From an uncultured Bacilli bacterium (GTDB taxonomy: Bacteria > Bacillota_I > Bacilli_A > RF39 > UBA660), in the NCBI GenBank assembly GCA_947629255.1, contig CANRDF010000004.1, positions 1-63,302 of the forward strand: a DNA stretch of 63,302 nt, written 5' to 3'. Made by a program: the position numbers and the translations under genes. The notes beneath the pieces are model-generated. The model was not told where the DNA came from and did no database searches. It saw nothing but the letters and a program-made list of their open reading frames with translations. Within the stretch, counting starts at the first letter, position 1; each line of letters opens with the position of its first letter. This document shows, one piece after another, positions 1 to 8,511 of the stretch.

Positions 1-44
1 ATAAAACACCGTCCTTTCTTTGTTAATTTTTTTGTAAAACACAA

Positions 45-69
45 AAAAATCAACCCGAACGGATTGATT
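45..69 (-). terminator. Probable intrinsic terminator downstream of tRNA-Gly
   Basis: Hairpin AATCAAcCCG-aa-CGGaTTGATT preceded on + by an A-run (U-tract on -). Confidence 0.55.
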
Positions 70-114
70 ATATATGTTAAGTTCAAACTATAAAAGTTCG
101 AACAGAAACGTCAC

Positions 115-189
115 TGGAGCAAGTGAGGAGAATCGAACTCCCGTCTCAACCTTGGCAAGGTCGCATTCTAGCCACTGAACCACACCTGC
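115..189 (-). tRNA. tRNA-Gly (GCC)
   Basis: Reverse complement folds as a cloverleaf: acceptor GCAGGTG/CACTTGC, anticodon loop TT-GCC-AA, T-loop TTCGATT, encoded CCA. Confidence 0.97.
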
Positions 190-372
190 ATTGCATAAAT
201 AATATATCAAAGAATTCTAAGTATTTCAAGTTTTTTTTAGTCCTTTTTTACCCACACATTTAAAAGTAATAAGTATCACGATGTAAAATGACGAAAATGT
301 AATTGAAATTTTATATGAATTATATTATAATTTGAATGTATATGAAATAACCTTTAGAAAGGGTGGATAAAA

Positions 373-1611
373 ATGGTGAATGTAGTGGTTACCATTTATT
401 ATATATTATTTGCAGTGTCTTTTATTTATGGAATGTATTTTGCAATAACAGGATTATTTGGTTTTAAAAATTATCATAAAAGTATGTTTGGCCGTCATAA
501 ACCAAAACATAAATTTGCCATTGTGATTCCAACTCGAAATGAAGAAAATGTGATAGGTGGACTCATCAAAAGTTTACAAAAACAAAGATATCCAGAAAGT
601 TTATATGATATTTATGTTGTTCCAAATAACTGTACAGACCATACAGAAGATGTGGCTAGAGAAGCTGGAGCAAAGATTATTGAATGTAAAGTAAAAGTGA
701 AAGTGAAAGCCGATGCTCTATCGTATGCCTTTGATTTATTACAGAAAGAAAAGGATGTAGATGCTTTTGTTGTATTTGATGCTGATAATTTAGTACATCC
801 CGATTTTCTTGCTAGAATGAACGATGCTTTATGTGAAGGAGTAGAAGTAGGGCAGTGTTTTAGAGATTCTAAAAATATGGATGATAACTGGATTACAGGG
901 TCTTATACCTTATTCTATTTTATTCAAAACTTTTTCTTTAATCGTGCTCGTATGAATTTTTCTGGTTCTGCAGCTATTAATGGGACAGGATTTATGATAA
1001 GAAAAGAAGTGATTAAAGATGGATTTCATACAGTCACTTTAACAGAGGATTCTGAGTTTACTGGACAATGCGCTTTAAGAGGAATTCAAGTCGCTTTTGT
1101 TGAAGATGCCATTACCTATGATGAACATCCTCAAAGTTTTTGGACTTCATGGAAACAAAGAAAGAGATGGACAAGCGGATGTCTTGCTTGTTTGAAAGTG
1201 TATGGTGGAAAATTATTTAAAACATTCTTAAAAAAAGGAAATATTGCATCTTTCGATATGGTTATGATGTATTCAGCACCTCTTATGGTTGTTTTAGGAT
1301 TTCTACTTGCCATTGTTCTGTTCTTATTTCATATCTTTGGGGTCGAATTATTTGATTTCTTCTCTTATTTATATGCATCTGGACTTTTATTCTTTGTCAT
1401 ATTCTACATAGCCAATGTGGCACTGAATATCTTTGTGGTTAAATACAATCATAAAAGTGTTCGTAACATTTTAGGTGGAGTTTTATTATTTACTTTATTT
1501 ATTGCAACATGGATACCTATTAATATCATTTGTTTATTTAAGAAAACAGAGACTTGGGAACCGATTAAACATGACCGAAACGACGTTGACTTAGACAAAC
1601 TTGTAAACTAA
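373..1611 (+). CDS. Family 2 (processive-type) membrane glycosyltransferase
   Basis: IPTRNEE, FDAD (DxD), LTED and QRKRW motifs; N- and C-terminal TM helices. Confidence 0.9.
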   Translation: MVNVVVTIYYILFAVSFIYGMYFAITGLFGFKNYHKSMFGRHKPKHKFAIVIPTRNEENVIGGLIKSLQKQRYPESLYDIYVVPNNCTDHTEDVAREAGAKIIECKVKVKVKADALSYAFDLLQKEKDVDAFVVFDADNLVHPDFLARMNDALCEGVEVGQCFRDSKNMDDNWITGSYTLFYFIQNFFFNRARMNFSGSAAINGTGFMIRKEVIKDGFHTVTLTEDSEFTGQCALRGIQVAFVEDAITYDEHPQSFWTSWKQRKRWTSGCLACLKVYGGKLFKTFLKKGNIASFDMVMMYSAPLMVVLGFLLAIVLFLFHIFGVELFDFFSYLYASGLLFFVIFYIANVALNIFVVKYNHKSVRNILGGVLLFTLFIATWIPINIICLFKKTETWEPIKHDRNDVDLDKLVN

Positions 1612-1632
1612 AAGAACCAATCGCGGTTCTTT
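1611..1632. terminator. Bidirectional terminator between GT2 gene and spoVS
   Basis: AAAGAACC-aatcgc-GGTTCTTT between convergent genes. Confidence 0.6.
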
Positions 1633-1891
1633 ATTTGTTTGTAACAATTAGTTTAATTGCTGTTTTATTTTCACCATCAATTACAATGTCGTTGAAAGCT
1701 GGAATAATAATGAGATTGTCTCCACTTGGGGCAACAAAACCTCTTGCAATTGCAACCGCTTTGATAGCTTGATTTAAACTACCAGCACCGATAGTTTGAA
1801 TTTCAACTTCTTTTTGCTCTCGATAGATGTTTGCAATCGCACCAGCAACTTTACTTGGACTCGATTTTGATGATACTTTAAGTATTTCCAT
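1631..1891 (-). CDS. spoVS: Stage V sporulation protein S
   Basis: MEILKVSSKSSP...VAGAIA...IGAGSLNQAIKAVAIARGF, 86 aa, GGAGG RBS. Confidence 0.96.
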   Translation of the reverse strand: MEILKVSSKSSPSKVAGAIANIYREQKEVEIQTIGAGSLNQAIKAVAIARGFVAPSGDNLIIIPAFNDIVIDGENKTAIKLIVTNK

Positions 1892-1997
1892 AATTTAACC
1901 TCCATTACTAAATGTTATGAAAAAGTTCTAAATTCATGCAAAAAATCTTCTTTTTTCAAAAAAAGTATGATATAAGTAATACATGGAGGAAAAAAGT

Positions 1998-2417
1998 ATG
2001 TGGAAAGAATTTAAAGAATTTATCATGCGTGGAAACGTTATGGATTTGGCTGTCGGTGTTATTATAGGAGGAGCTTTTTCAAGTATCGTTACATCTTTAG
2101 TGAATAATATTATCATGCCACTTTTAGGAATTATCATTGGTGGAATTGATTTTACATCTTTAACGATTAAAATTCGCGATGCTGAAATTCAATATGGAAT
2201 GTTTCTTCAAAATGTCATTGATTTTCTTATTATTGCATTCTGTATCTTTATTATGGTAAAGATTGTAAATAAATTAATGCATTTTAAAAAGAAAAAAGTA
2301 GAAGAAGAAAAGGCACCAGAAGTTATTAAATCAAATGAAGAAATTCTTTTAGAAGAAATTAGAGATTTATTAAAAGCTCAAGGAAAAACAACAAAAGCAA
2401 AGAAAAGTAGAAGTTAA
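1998..2417 (+). CDS. mscL: Large-conductance mechanosensitive channel
   Basis: [24 protein letters not shown] and LLEEIRDLL; start moved to the ATG after GGAGG. Confidence 0.96.
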   Translation: MWKEFKEFIMRGNVMDLAVGVIIGGAFSSIVTSLVNNIIMPLLGIIIGGIDFTSLTIKIRDAEIQYGMFLQNVIDFLIIAFCIFIMVKIVNKLMHFKKKKVEEEKAPEVIKSNEEILLEEIRDLLKAQGKTTKAKKSRS

Positions 2418-2629
2418 ATTCTATTTTTTTTAACGAGTTTGTTAGCATGCGTTTTTACATTTATTTTACATTTTAAATATATGTATATAATGCGTAAATT
2501 GAATAATTAAAAGTTATCAAAAATGTAAACAAAATGTACAAATTTCAATTTTTTTGAAGAAATTTGCGTGAAAAAAAAAGGAAATCGGCACTTTTTCTTG
2601 AATATATATATAGGAGGTATTTTTGTATC

Positions 2630-3502
2630 ATGATAGAAAAAGTCGAATTTATTCCTTTAACAGATGATGTTTTGTTTAAAGAAACTTTTGGAAGATTTCA
2701 AAATATTCTTTTCATTGAAAGATTCTTAGAACAATATTTTCATTTACCAAAAGGGTCTTTAAGAGGAAAAGTAATCGTAAAAATGGAATCAACATTAGAG
2801 AAAGGAAAATATAAGGATAAGAATAGTAGAGGAGACATCTTACTTTATTTAGATGATAAAATTATCAATCTTGAAGTTTATCGAATCTTTAATAAAGATT
2901 CTTTAGATAAGTCAGTCTTTTATAGTAATCGAATCAGTGGAACATCCTTAGAAACAGGAACTGAATATAACGAGTTAAAACCATTTATGAGTATCAATAT
3001 TGTGGAGAAAGTAGAAGGATTAGAACTCTCTGATGAAGTGATATCAAAATATAGATATCGAGACAAAGATGGGGAACTTACAGAGAAGATGGAAATTGTG
3101 ATAATAAGACTTGACAAGTTAAAAGAGCTTTCTTATAATGTAGGTGAAGATGAACTTATAACAACATTAAGATTTATTGGAGCAGAAACACAAGAAGAAC
3201 GAGAATATTATGCAAAAGAAGGAGGAGAATATCTCATGAGTGTCAATTATTTTTTAAATGGATTTATGGATGATGAATTTTGTAATACAATGTTTACAAT
3301 GGAGAACAAAATCAAAGAAACTGGACGTGCTGAAGGCAAAATAGAGGGCAAAATAGAAGGAAAGCTTGAAGAAAAATTAGAAATAGCAAAAACAATGTTA
3401 ACAGACAATTGTAATATGAAAAAAATATCTAAATTTACAGGATTAACCATAGAGGATGTTCGGAAACTAAAAAATGATTTGAAAAGGGAAAGTGTTGTAT
3501 GA
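2630..3502 (+). CDS. Rpn family recombination-promoting nuclease / PD-(D/E)XK putative transposase (long form)
   Basis: PLTDDVLFK..FG N-terminus, GDILL...INLEV core, EGKIEGK repeats, IAKTML...ISKFTGLT HTH-like C-terminus; AGGAGG RBS before ATG 2630. Confidence 0.85.
   Translation: MIEKVEFIPLTDDVLFKETFGRFQNILFIERFLEQYFHLPKGSLRGKVIVKMESTLEKGKYKDKNSRGDILLYLDDKIINLEVYRIFNKDSLDKSVFYSNRISGTSLETGTEYNELKPFMSINIVEKVEGLELSDEVISKYRYRDKDGELTEKMEIVIIRLDKLKELSYNVGEDELITTLRFIGAETQEEREYYAKEGGEYLMSVNYFLNGFMDDEFCNTMFTMENKIKETGRAEGKIEGKIEGKLEEKLEIAKTMLTDNCNMKKISKFTGLTIEDVRKLKNDLKRESVV
3111..3139 (+). promoter_or_regulatory. Intragenic sigmaA promoter within the rpn gene
   Basis: Perfect TTGACA-N17-TATAAT at 3111-3116 / 3134-3139. 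Confidence 0.8.
3236..3502 (+). CDS. Putative in-frame short product of the rpn gene (RpnS-like, 88 aa)
   Basis: GAAGGAGGAG RBS at 3218-3227, in-frame ATG at 3236, downstream of the internal promoter. Confidence 0.65.
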   Translation: MSVNYFLNGFMDDEFCNTMFTMENKIKETGRAEGKIEGKIEGKLEEKLEIAKTMLTDNCNMKKISKFTGLTIEDVRKLKNDLKRESVV

Positions 3503-3737
3503 GCTTAGAATATTTTTTAAATGGATTTATGGATGATGAATTTTGTAACACGATGTTTACAATGGAGAACAAAATTAAGGAGACTGGACGTGCTGAAGGA
3601 AAAATAGAAGGAAAATCAGAAGAAAAATTAGAAATAGCCAAAACTATGCTAAAAGACAATTGTAATATGAAAAAAATATCTAAATTTACAGGATTAACCA
3701 TAGAGGATGTTCGGAAACTAAAAAATGATTTGAAAAG
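3248..3737 (+). repeat. Tandem duplication (3248-3486 vs 3511-3737)
   Basis: Direct nucleotide repeat; the copies differ by one 12-bp EGKI unit and point changes. Confidence 0.92.
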
Positions 3738-3774
3738 TTGTATAAGTTTAGAATATTTTAAAATAGATATATGA
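3499..3774 (+). CDS. Stand-alone duplicate of the Rpn C-terminal module (91 aa)
   Basis: Near-identical to 3236-3502; ATGA overlap with the rpn stop; GAAAAGGGA RBS. Confidence 0.75.
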   Translation: MSLEYFLNGFMDDEFCNTMFTMENKIKETGRAEGKIEGKSEEKLEIAKTMLKDNCNMKKISKFTGLTIEDVRKLKNDLKSCISLEYFKIDI

Positions 3775-3911
3775 AAATCTCATTTACTATTAGAATTAAG
3801 AAATTTTTCTAGAGTAAAATTCGAGACTTGTCAAATCTCTAATTTTCTTTTATAATGAATATATAGATATTAAGTTTATTAATTTTCTATAAAAGAAAAG
3901 GAGAAAAGTAT

Positions 3912-5465
3912 ATGGAACCAATGACGGTTGCCATCTTAACTTTGATTCTTGGATGTGCCGCAGGGGCAGGAGTTACTTATGGTATTTCTGTTATGAAAGG
4001 AAATACTGTATCTAAAAAAGCTGATAAATTAATAGAAGATGCAAAGAAAGAAGCAGAAAAACAAAAAAGAGATCGTTTACTTGAACTAAAAGAAGAAAGT
4101 TTTAAATTAAAACAAGAGACAGATAAACAGATAAAAGAAAAGAAAGATGAATTAAAAGAAAATGAAACTCGGATGCAACAAAGAGAAAACAGTTTAGATA
4201 AAAGAGATGAAATTTTACAAAAAAGAGAATTAGCTTTAGACGAAAAAGAGCAAAATTTATTAGCCAGTGGAAAAGAAATCCAAGCAAAACAAGATAAGAT
4301 GGATGAATTATTGAAACAAGAAATGACACGTTTAGAAGACATCGCTAAATTCACAAAAGAACGTGCCAAAGAACTGATTATGAAGCGATGTGAAGAAGAA
4401 ATGGCAAGAGAAATCGCAGACTTTGTCAAAGAAAAAGAAAGAGAAGCAAAGTTGACTGCGAATGAATCTGCCAAAAATATTATTGTGGAATCAATGCAAC
4501 GTTATTCTGAAGATGTGGCAACAGAACAAACAGTAAGTACGATTACTTTACCAAATGATGAAATGAAAGGAAGACTTATTGGTAGAGAAGGAAGAAATAT
4601 TAGAACCATTGAAGCTGTGACTGGTGTGGATTTAATTATTGATGATACACCAGAAGCGATTGTGATTTCATCCTTTGACCCACTTCGAAGAGAAATTGCA
4701 AAGATTACCATTGAAACTTTGATTAAAGATGGAAGAATCCATCCAGCAAGAATTGAAGAAGTTTATGACCGAGTATGTAAGGATATGAATAATAAGATTA
4801 CTGAACTTGGAAATGAAACTTGTTATTCTTTAGGAATTACCAAAGTAGAACCAGAATTAGTGAATTTAATTGGTAAGTTACATTTTAGAACAAGTTATGG
4901 ACAAAATGCTTTACAGCATTCAAAAGAAGTTGGTGAGTTATGTGGACTTATGGCGGCTGAGCTAGGAGAAAATGTTGCTTTAGCCAAAAGAGCAGGACTT
5001 CTACATGATATAGGAAAATCAATTGATTTTGAAGTTGAAGGAAGCCATGTGGATATTGGTGTTGATATTGCGAAACGTTATCATGAAGATGATGTTGTGA
5101 TAAATGCAATTGCTTCTCATCATGGGGATACGGACCAAACTAGTGTTATCTCTGTTTTAGTGCAAGTGGCTGATACCTTATCGGCTGCAAGACCTGGAGC
5201 AAGAAATGATTCCTTAGATAATTACATTAAGAGACTTGAACAACTTGAAAGTATTGGAAACTCTTTTGAGGGAGTTGAAAAAACATATGCGATGCAAGCT
5301 GGTCGAGAAGTTCGTGTCATGGTAAAACCAGATGAAGTCGATGATACAATGTCTTATAAAATTGCTAGAGACATGAAAGAAAAAATTGAAAGTGAAATGC
5401 AATATCCAGGTACGATTAAGATTGTGGTCATTCGAGAAAGTCGTGCTCAGGAAGAAGCAAAATAG
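3912..5465 (+). CDS. rny: Ribonuclease Y
   Basis: N-terminal TM, coiled coil, KH (GRLIGREGRNIR), HD domain (LLHDIGK), SAARPGAR. Confidence 0.97.
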   Translation: MEPMTVAILTLILGCAAGAGVTYGISVMKGNTVSKKADKLIEDAKKEAEKQKRDRLLELKEESFKLKQETDKQIKEKKDELKENETRMQQRENSLDKRDEILQKRELALDEKEQNLLASGKEIQAKQDKMDELLKQEMTRLEDIAKFTKERAKELIMKRCEEEMAREIADFVKEKEREAKLTANESAKNIIVESMQRYSEDVATEQTVSTITLPNDEMKGRLIGREGRNIRTIEAVTGVDLIIDDTPEAIVISSFDPLRREIAKITIETLIKDGRIHPARIEEVYDRVCKDMNNKITELGNETCYSLGITKVEPELVNLIGKLHFRTSYGQNALQHSKEVGELCGLMAAELGENVALAKRAGLLHDIGKSIDFEVEGSHVDIGVDIAKRYHEDDVVINAIASHHGDTDQTSVISVLVQVADTLSAARPGARNDSLDNYIKRLEQLESIGNSFEGVEKTYAMQAGREVRVMVKPDEVDDTMSYKIARDMKEKIESEMQYPGTIKIVVIRESRAQEEAK

Positions 5466-5546
5466 AAAGTCAGAAAAAAATTCTGATTTTTTCTTGCATC
5501 ATAAAGAAAGCTTTAGTAAAATAGATATTAGTTAGGAGGCCTTATT

Positions 5547-5756
5547 ATGTGGCATGATATTTTATTAGTTGTATTAGGTTTGGTTGTTGGACTTGTGATT
5601 GGTTTCTTTGTTGCTAGAACTTTGATGAAGAAATACATGAAGAAAAATCCACCAATTAATGAAAAAATGATTGAAGCGATGATGAGTAGTATGGGAAGAA
5701 AACCAAGTCAAAAACAAGTACGTCAAATCATGAATCAAATGAACCGTTATATGTAA
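5547..5756 (+). CDS. yneF: YneF (UPF0154) family membrane protein
   Basis: GFFVAR..MKKYMKKNPPINEKMI...MGRKPSQKQV. Confidence 0.9.
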   Translation: MWHDILLVVLGLVVGLVIGFFVARTLMKKYMKKNPPINEKMIEAMMSSMGRKPSQKQVRQIMNQMNRYM

Positions 5757-5891
5757 GAGAATCTTTCTCTTTTTTTTGTGTTAAAATTTTATTTTTGGTC
5801 ATAAACTGAAGTAGAAAATGCAAAAAGGATTGACTTCATACCTTTTTTTATGATATCCTATTTGTAGAGTAAAGAATAGAGGGTAATTAGT

Positions 5892-6725
5892 ATGGATTTA
5901 TTAGAGAATTTATATAATATCGAGAATTTTGGTATTTATTTGTTTATTATTATAGGAGCGTTAATTGTATTGTTTCTTGTGATATTGTTTTTTGGTAAAA
6001 AAGATGAAAAGAAAAGAAAATTAGAAAAAACACAGCAAGTAGATGAGCAACCTACAGAAGAGAATAATGTTTCAGTAATACCAGAAACAGTTTCAGATAA
6101 TACGGAAGTAGTTTCTTCTGCTCAAGAAATGTATAAAACAGAAGAAAATTCGACACCTCCTTTAGAAACAAATGAACATGAAGAACAAATGCCATTCAAA
6201 GAAATTGAAGAACCTACACAGCCAGTGGAAATTCCAACGCCAGTTTTAGAAAAACCAACTGTTCCTGATTTAGCAAGTGTGGCATTAAGTCAAATTGAAG
6301 AAGAACAAAAAGAAAGTACTCCAGTAGAGCCTAAACAAGAAGAAAAAATAGAAGAGCCAAAAATAGAAAAAGAATTTGATTTTGATGCTTTAGCAGATGC
6401 AATTAATAAAGAATTAGCAAGTATTGAAAAACCAGAAGAATCTGTTGTAACACCTGTGTTGCCAAAAGAAGAAGAAGCTCCACTTCAATATTCTGTAGTA
6501 GAAGAAGAAAAACCTGTATCTGTGGAATCAGCATTACAAACTAATTCAGTTGAGATGCCAAAGACTGAGAAAAAAGTAATGCCAACTGTATTTAGTTCTG
6601 TATATGTAAATCGTGAAAAAGAAGAACCAATTGTGATGCCAAAGGAAGAAAAAGTTGCAGAACCAGTCGCACCAAAGATTGAACTTCCAAAAACGATTGA
6701 GTTACCAAAAAAGAATAATGAATAA
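5892..6725 (+). CDS. Hypothetical membrane-anchored Glu/Pro-rich protein
   Basis: Single N-terminal TM followed by a low-complexity acidic region; own TTGACT...TGATAT promoter-like site. Confidence 0.75.
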   Translation: MDLLENLYNIENFGIYLFIIIGALIVLFLVILFFGKKDEKKRKLEKTQQVDEQPTEENNVSVIPETVSDNTEVVSSAQEMYKTEENSTPPLETNEHEEQMPFKEIEEPTQPVEIPTPVLEKPTVPDLASVALSQIEEEQKESTPVEPKQEEKIEEPKIEKEFDFDALADAINKELASIEKPEESVVTPVLPKEEEAPLQYSVVEEEKPVSVESALQTNSVEMPKTEKKVMPTVFSSVYVNREKEEPIVMPKEEKVAEPVAPKIELPKTIELPKKNNE

Positions 6726-6810
6726 ATGATGTAAACGAGTTGTCAATTGACACTCTTTTTTTCATATTTTTATGTGAATGTGCTATAATACAAGCAAGGA
6801 AGCGAGTTAT

Positions 6811-7974
6811 ATGAAAATATTTAATAAACAATCTGATAAAGTGAATATGGAAGAGGTCAATGAAGTTGTTAGTTTATCTAAAAAAATCTTAAGATTATTT
6901 TATATTGCTATGGTGATCGCGATGGTTCTTATCGTAACGATTATTGCAAGAGAGTGGGGAGTATGGAAATTTTTATTTAGTATCTTAAGTGTTTTAGCCC
7001 CTTTCTTTATAGGATTTGTTTTGGCTTGGATTTTTAATCCCTTAGTTACAAAATTGGAAAAGAAAAAAATTCCTAGAATTGTTGGAGCAATGATTGTTTA
7101 TGCTGTTTTTATTGCAATTCTTGCTTTATTTATTCGCTTTTTAATTCCCGTTATTTATGAACAAGTTCAAATATTAATTGGAAACTTACCAAGTATCTTT
7201 AAAGAATTAGAAGGTGTAATTAATTCTATTTTTAGTCGTTTAGGAACGATTGAGGGAATTGATTTTAATTCGATCAAAGATCAGATTATTATGACTGTTA
7301 CAACAGGAATGAATAGTTTTATGACATCTGTTCCGACGATGCTTATGAATTTTATTGGAACTCTTTTCTCTAGTTTAATAACAATTACTTTTGGACTTGT
7401 GATTGGCCTTTATATGCTTATTGATTTTGATTCTATTAATGGACATTTACTTCAATTATTACCTAAAAAACATCGTTTTGAAGCTTCTTTATTAATTACA
7501 AATATTTCTACAGAAGTCAGAAAAAGTGTCAACGGAACTCTTTTAGTTGCTTTAATGGTCTTTGTTTGTGATGGAATAGGTTTCTGGGTTGTTGGGTTAC
7601 AAGCGCCAATTCTTTTTGGACTTTTATGTGGAATCACGGATTTAATTCCATATATTGGACCTTATATTGGAGGTATCATCGCGGTTGTAGTAGGGTTTGC
7701 CCAAAGTCCACTTATCGGTTTCTTAACTTTAATTGTCGCGGTTGTTGTTCAACTTGTTGAAAATAATATTTTACAACCTATTGTTATGAGTAAAACGATG
7801 AAACTGCATCCAGTCACAATTATTGTTGGATTGCTTATCTTTGAACATTTCTTTGGGATTATAGGAATGATTTTAGCAACTCCTTGTATTGCACTTGCTA
7901 AAGTTGTTTGGAAATTCTTTAAAGAAAAATATAACTTATTTAAAGATAACGACTACGTATCTCAAGAAGAATAG
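6811..7974 (+). CDS. AI-2E family transporter
   Basis: LIPYIGPYIG, QLVENNILQPIVM, LHPVTII, GIIGMILATP motifs. Confidence 0.92.
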   Translation: MKIFNKQSDKVNMEEVNEVVSLSKKILRLFYIAMVIAMVLIVTIIAREWGVWKFLFSILSVLAPFFIGFVLAWIFNPLVTKLEKKKIPRIVGAMIVYAVFIAILALFIRFLIPVIYEQVQILIGNLPSIFKELEGVINSIFSRLGTIEGIDFNSIKDQIIMTVTTGMNSFMTSVPTMLMNFIGTLFSSLITITFGLVIGLYMLIDFDSINGHLLQLLPKKHRFEASLLITNISTEVRKSVNGTLLVALMVFVCDGIGFWVVGLQAPILFGLLCGITDLIPYIGPYIGGIIAVVVGFAQSPLIGFLTLIVAVVVQLVENNILQPIVMSKTMKLHPVTIIVGLLIFEHFFGIIGMILATPCIALAKVVWKFFKEKYNLFKDNDYVSQEE

Positions 7975-7983
7975 GTGTTTCAT

Positions 7984-8511
7984 ATGAAGTTAGTTTTAAT
8001 TGCAGGGAAAGCAAGAAGTGGGAAGACTCTTGCTGCGCATTTATTAAAAGAAGAAATTTTAAAAAATAATGAAAAAGTTGTGATTACAGAATATAGTAAA
8101 TATATAAAAATGTTTGCCAAAGAACTTTTAGGTTGGGATGGAATAAGTGAACCAAAACCAAGAAAGTTTTTACAAGATTTTGGCACGTATGTGAGACATG
8201 AATCTCAAAATCCTCATTATTTTATTGAACGAATGAAAGATGATTTGGAAATCTATCGTCATTTTGTTGATGTTGTCATTATTAGTGATGTTCGTTTGAA
8301 AGAAGAGATTGAATGTGTGAAAGAATATCATCCTATTACCATTCATGTTTTGAATAATCAAAATGCCTATGACTTATCAGAAGAAGAAGCGAGTCACGAA
8401 ACAGAACATGCACTTGAAAATTATCAAAATTTCGATTATAGTATAGAGAACAAAACGGAAAGTGAAATGAAAGAAATTTTAAAAGACATCGTGAAGAAAG
8501 AAGGAATTTAG
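7984..8511 (+). CDS. P-loop kinase of dNMP-kinase / animal-type phosphomevalonate-kinase fold
   Basis: IAGKARSGKT Walker A, RKFLQDFGT, IISDVR, HETE. Confidence 0.65.
   Translation: MKLVLIAGKARSGKTLAAHLLKEEILKNNEKVVITEYSKYIKMFAKELLGWDGISEPKPRKFLQDFGTYVRHESQNPHYFIERMKDDLEIYRHFVDVVIISDVRLKEEIECVKEYHPITIHVLNNQNAYDLSEEEASHETEHALENYQNFDYSIENKTESEMKEILKDIVKKEGI

Noticed and set aside
2564-2629. TTG-start extension of the rpn ORF
   Set aside because: AGGAGG RBS points to ATG 2630, where the family N-terminal motif begins
3977-4474. Long antisense ORFs (also 30069-30455, 58126-58629 and similar)
   Set aside because: Ser/Phe/Leu-rich shadows of Glu/Lys-rich sense genes, with no RBS
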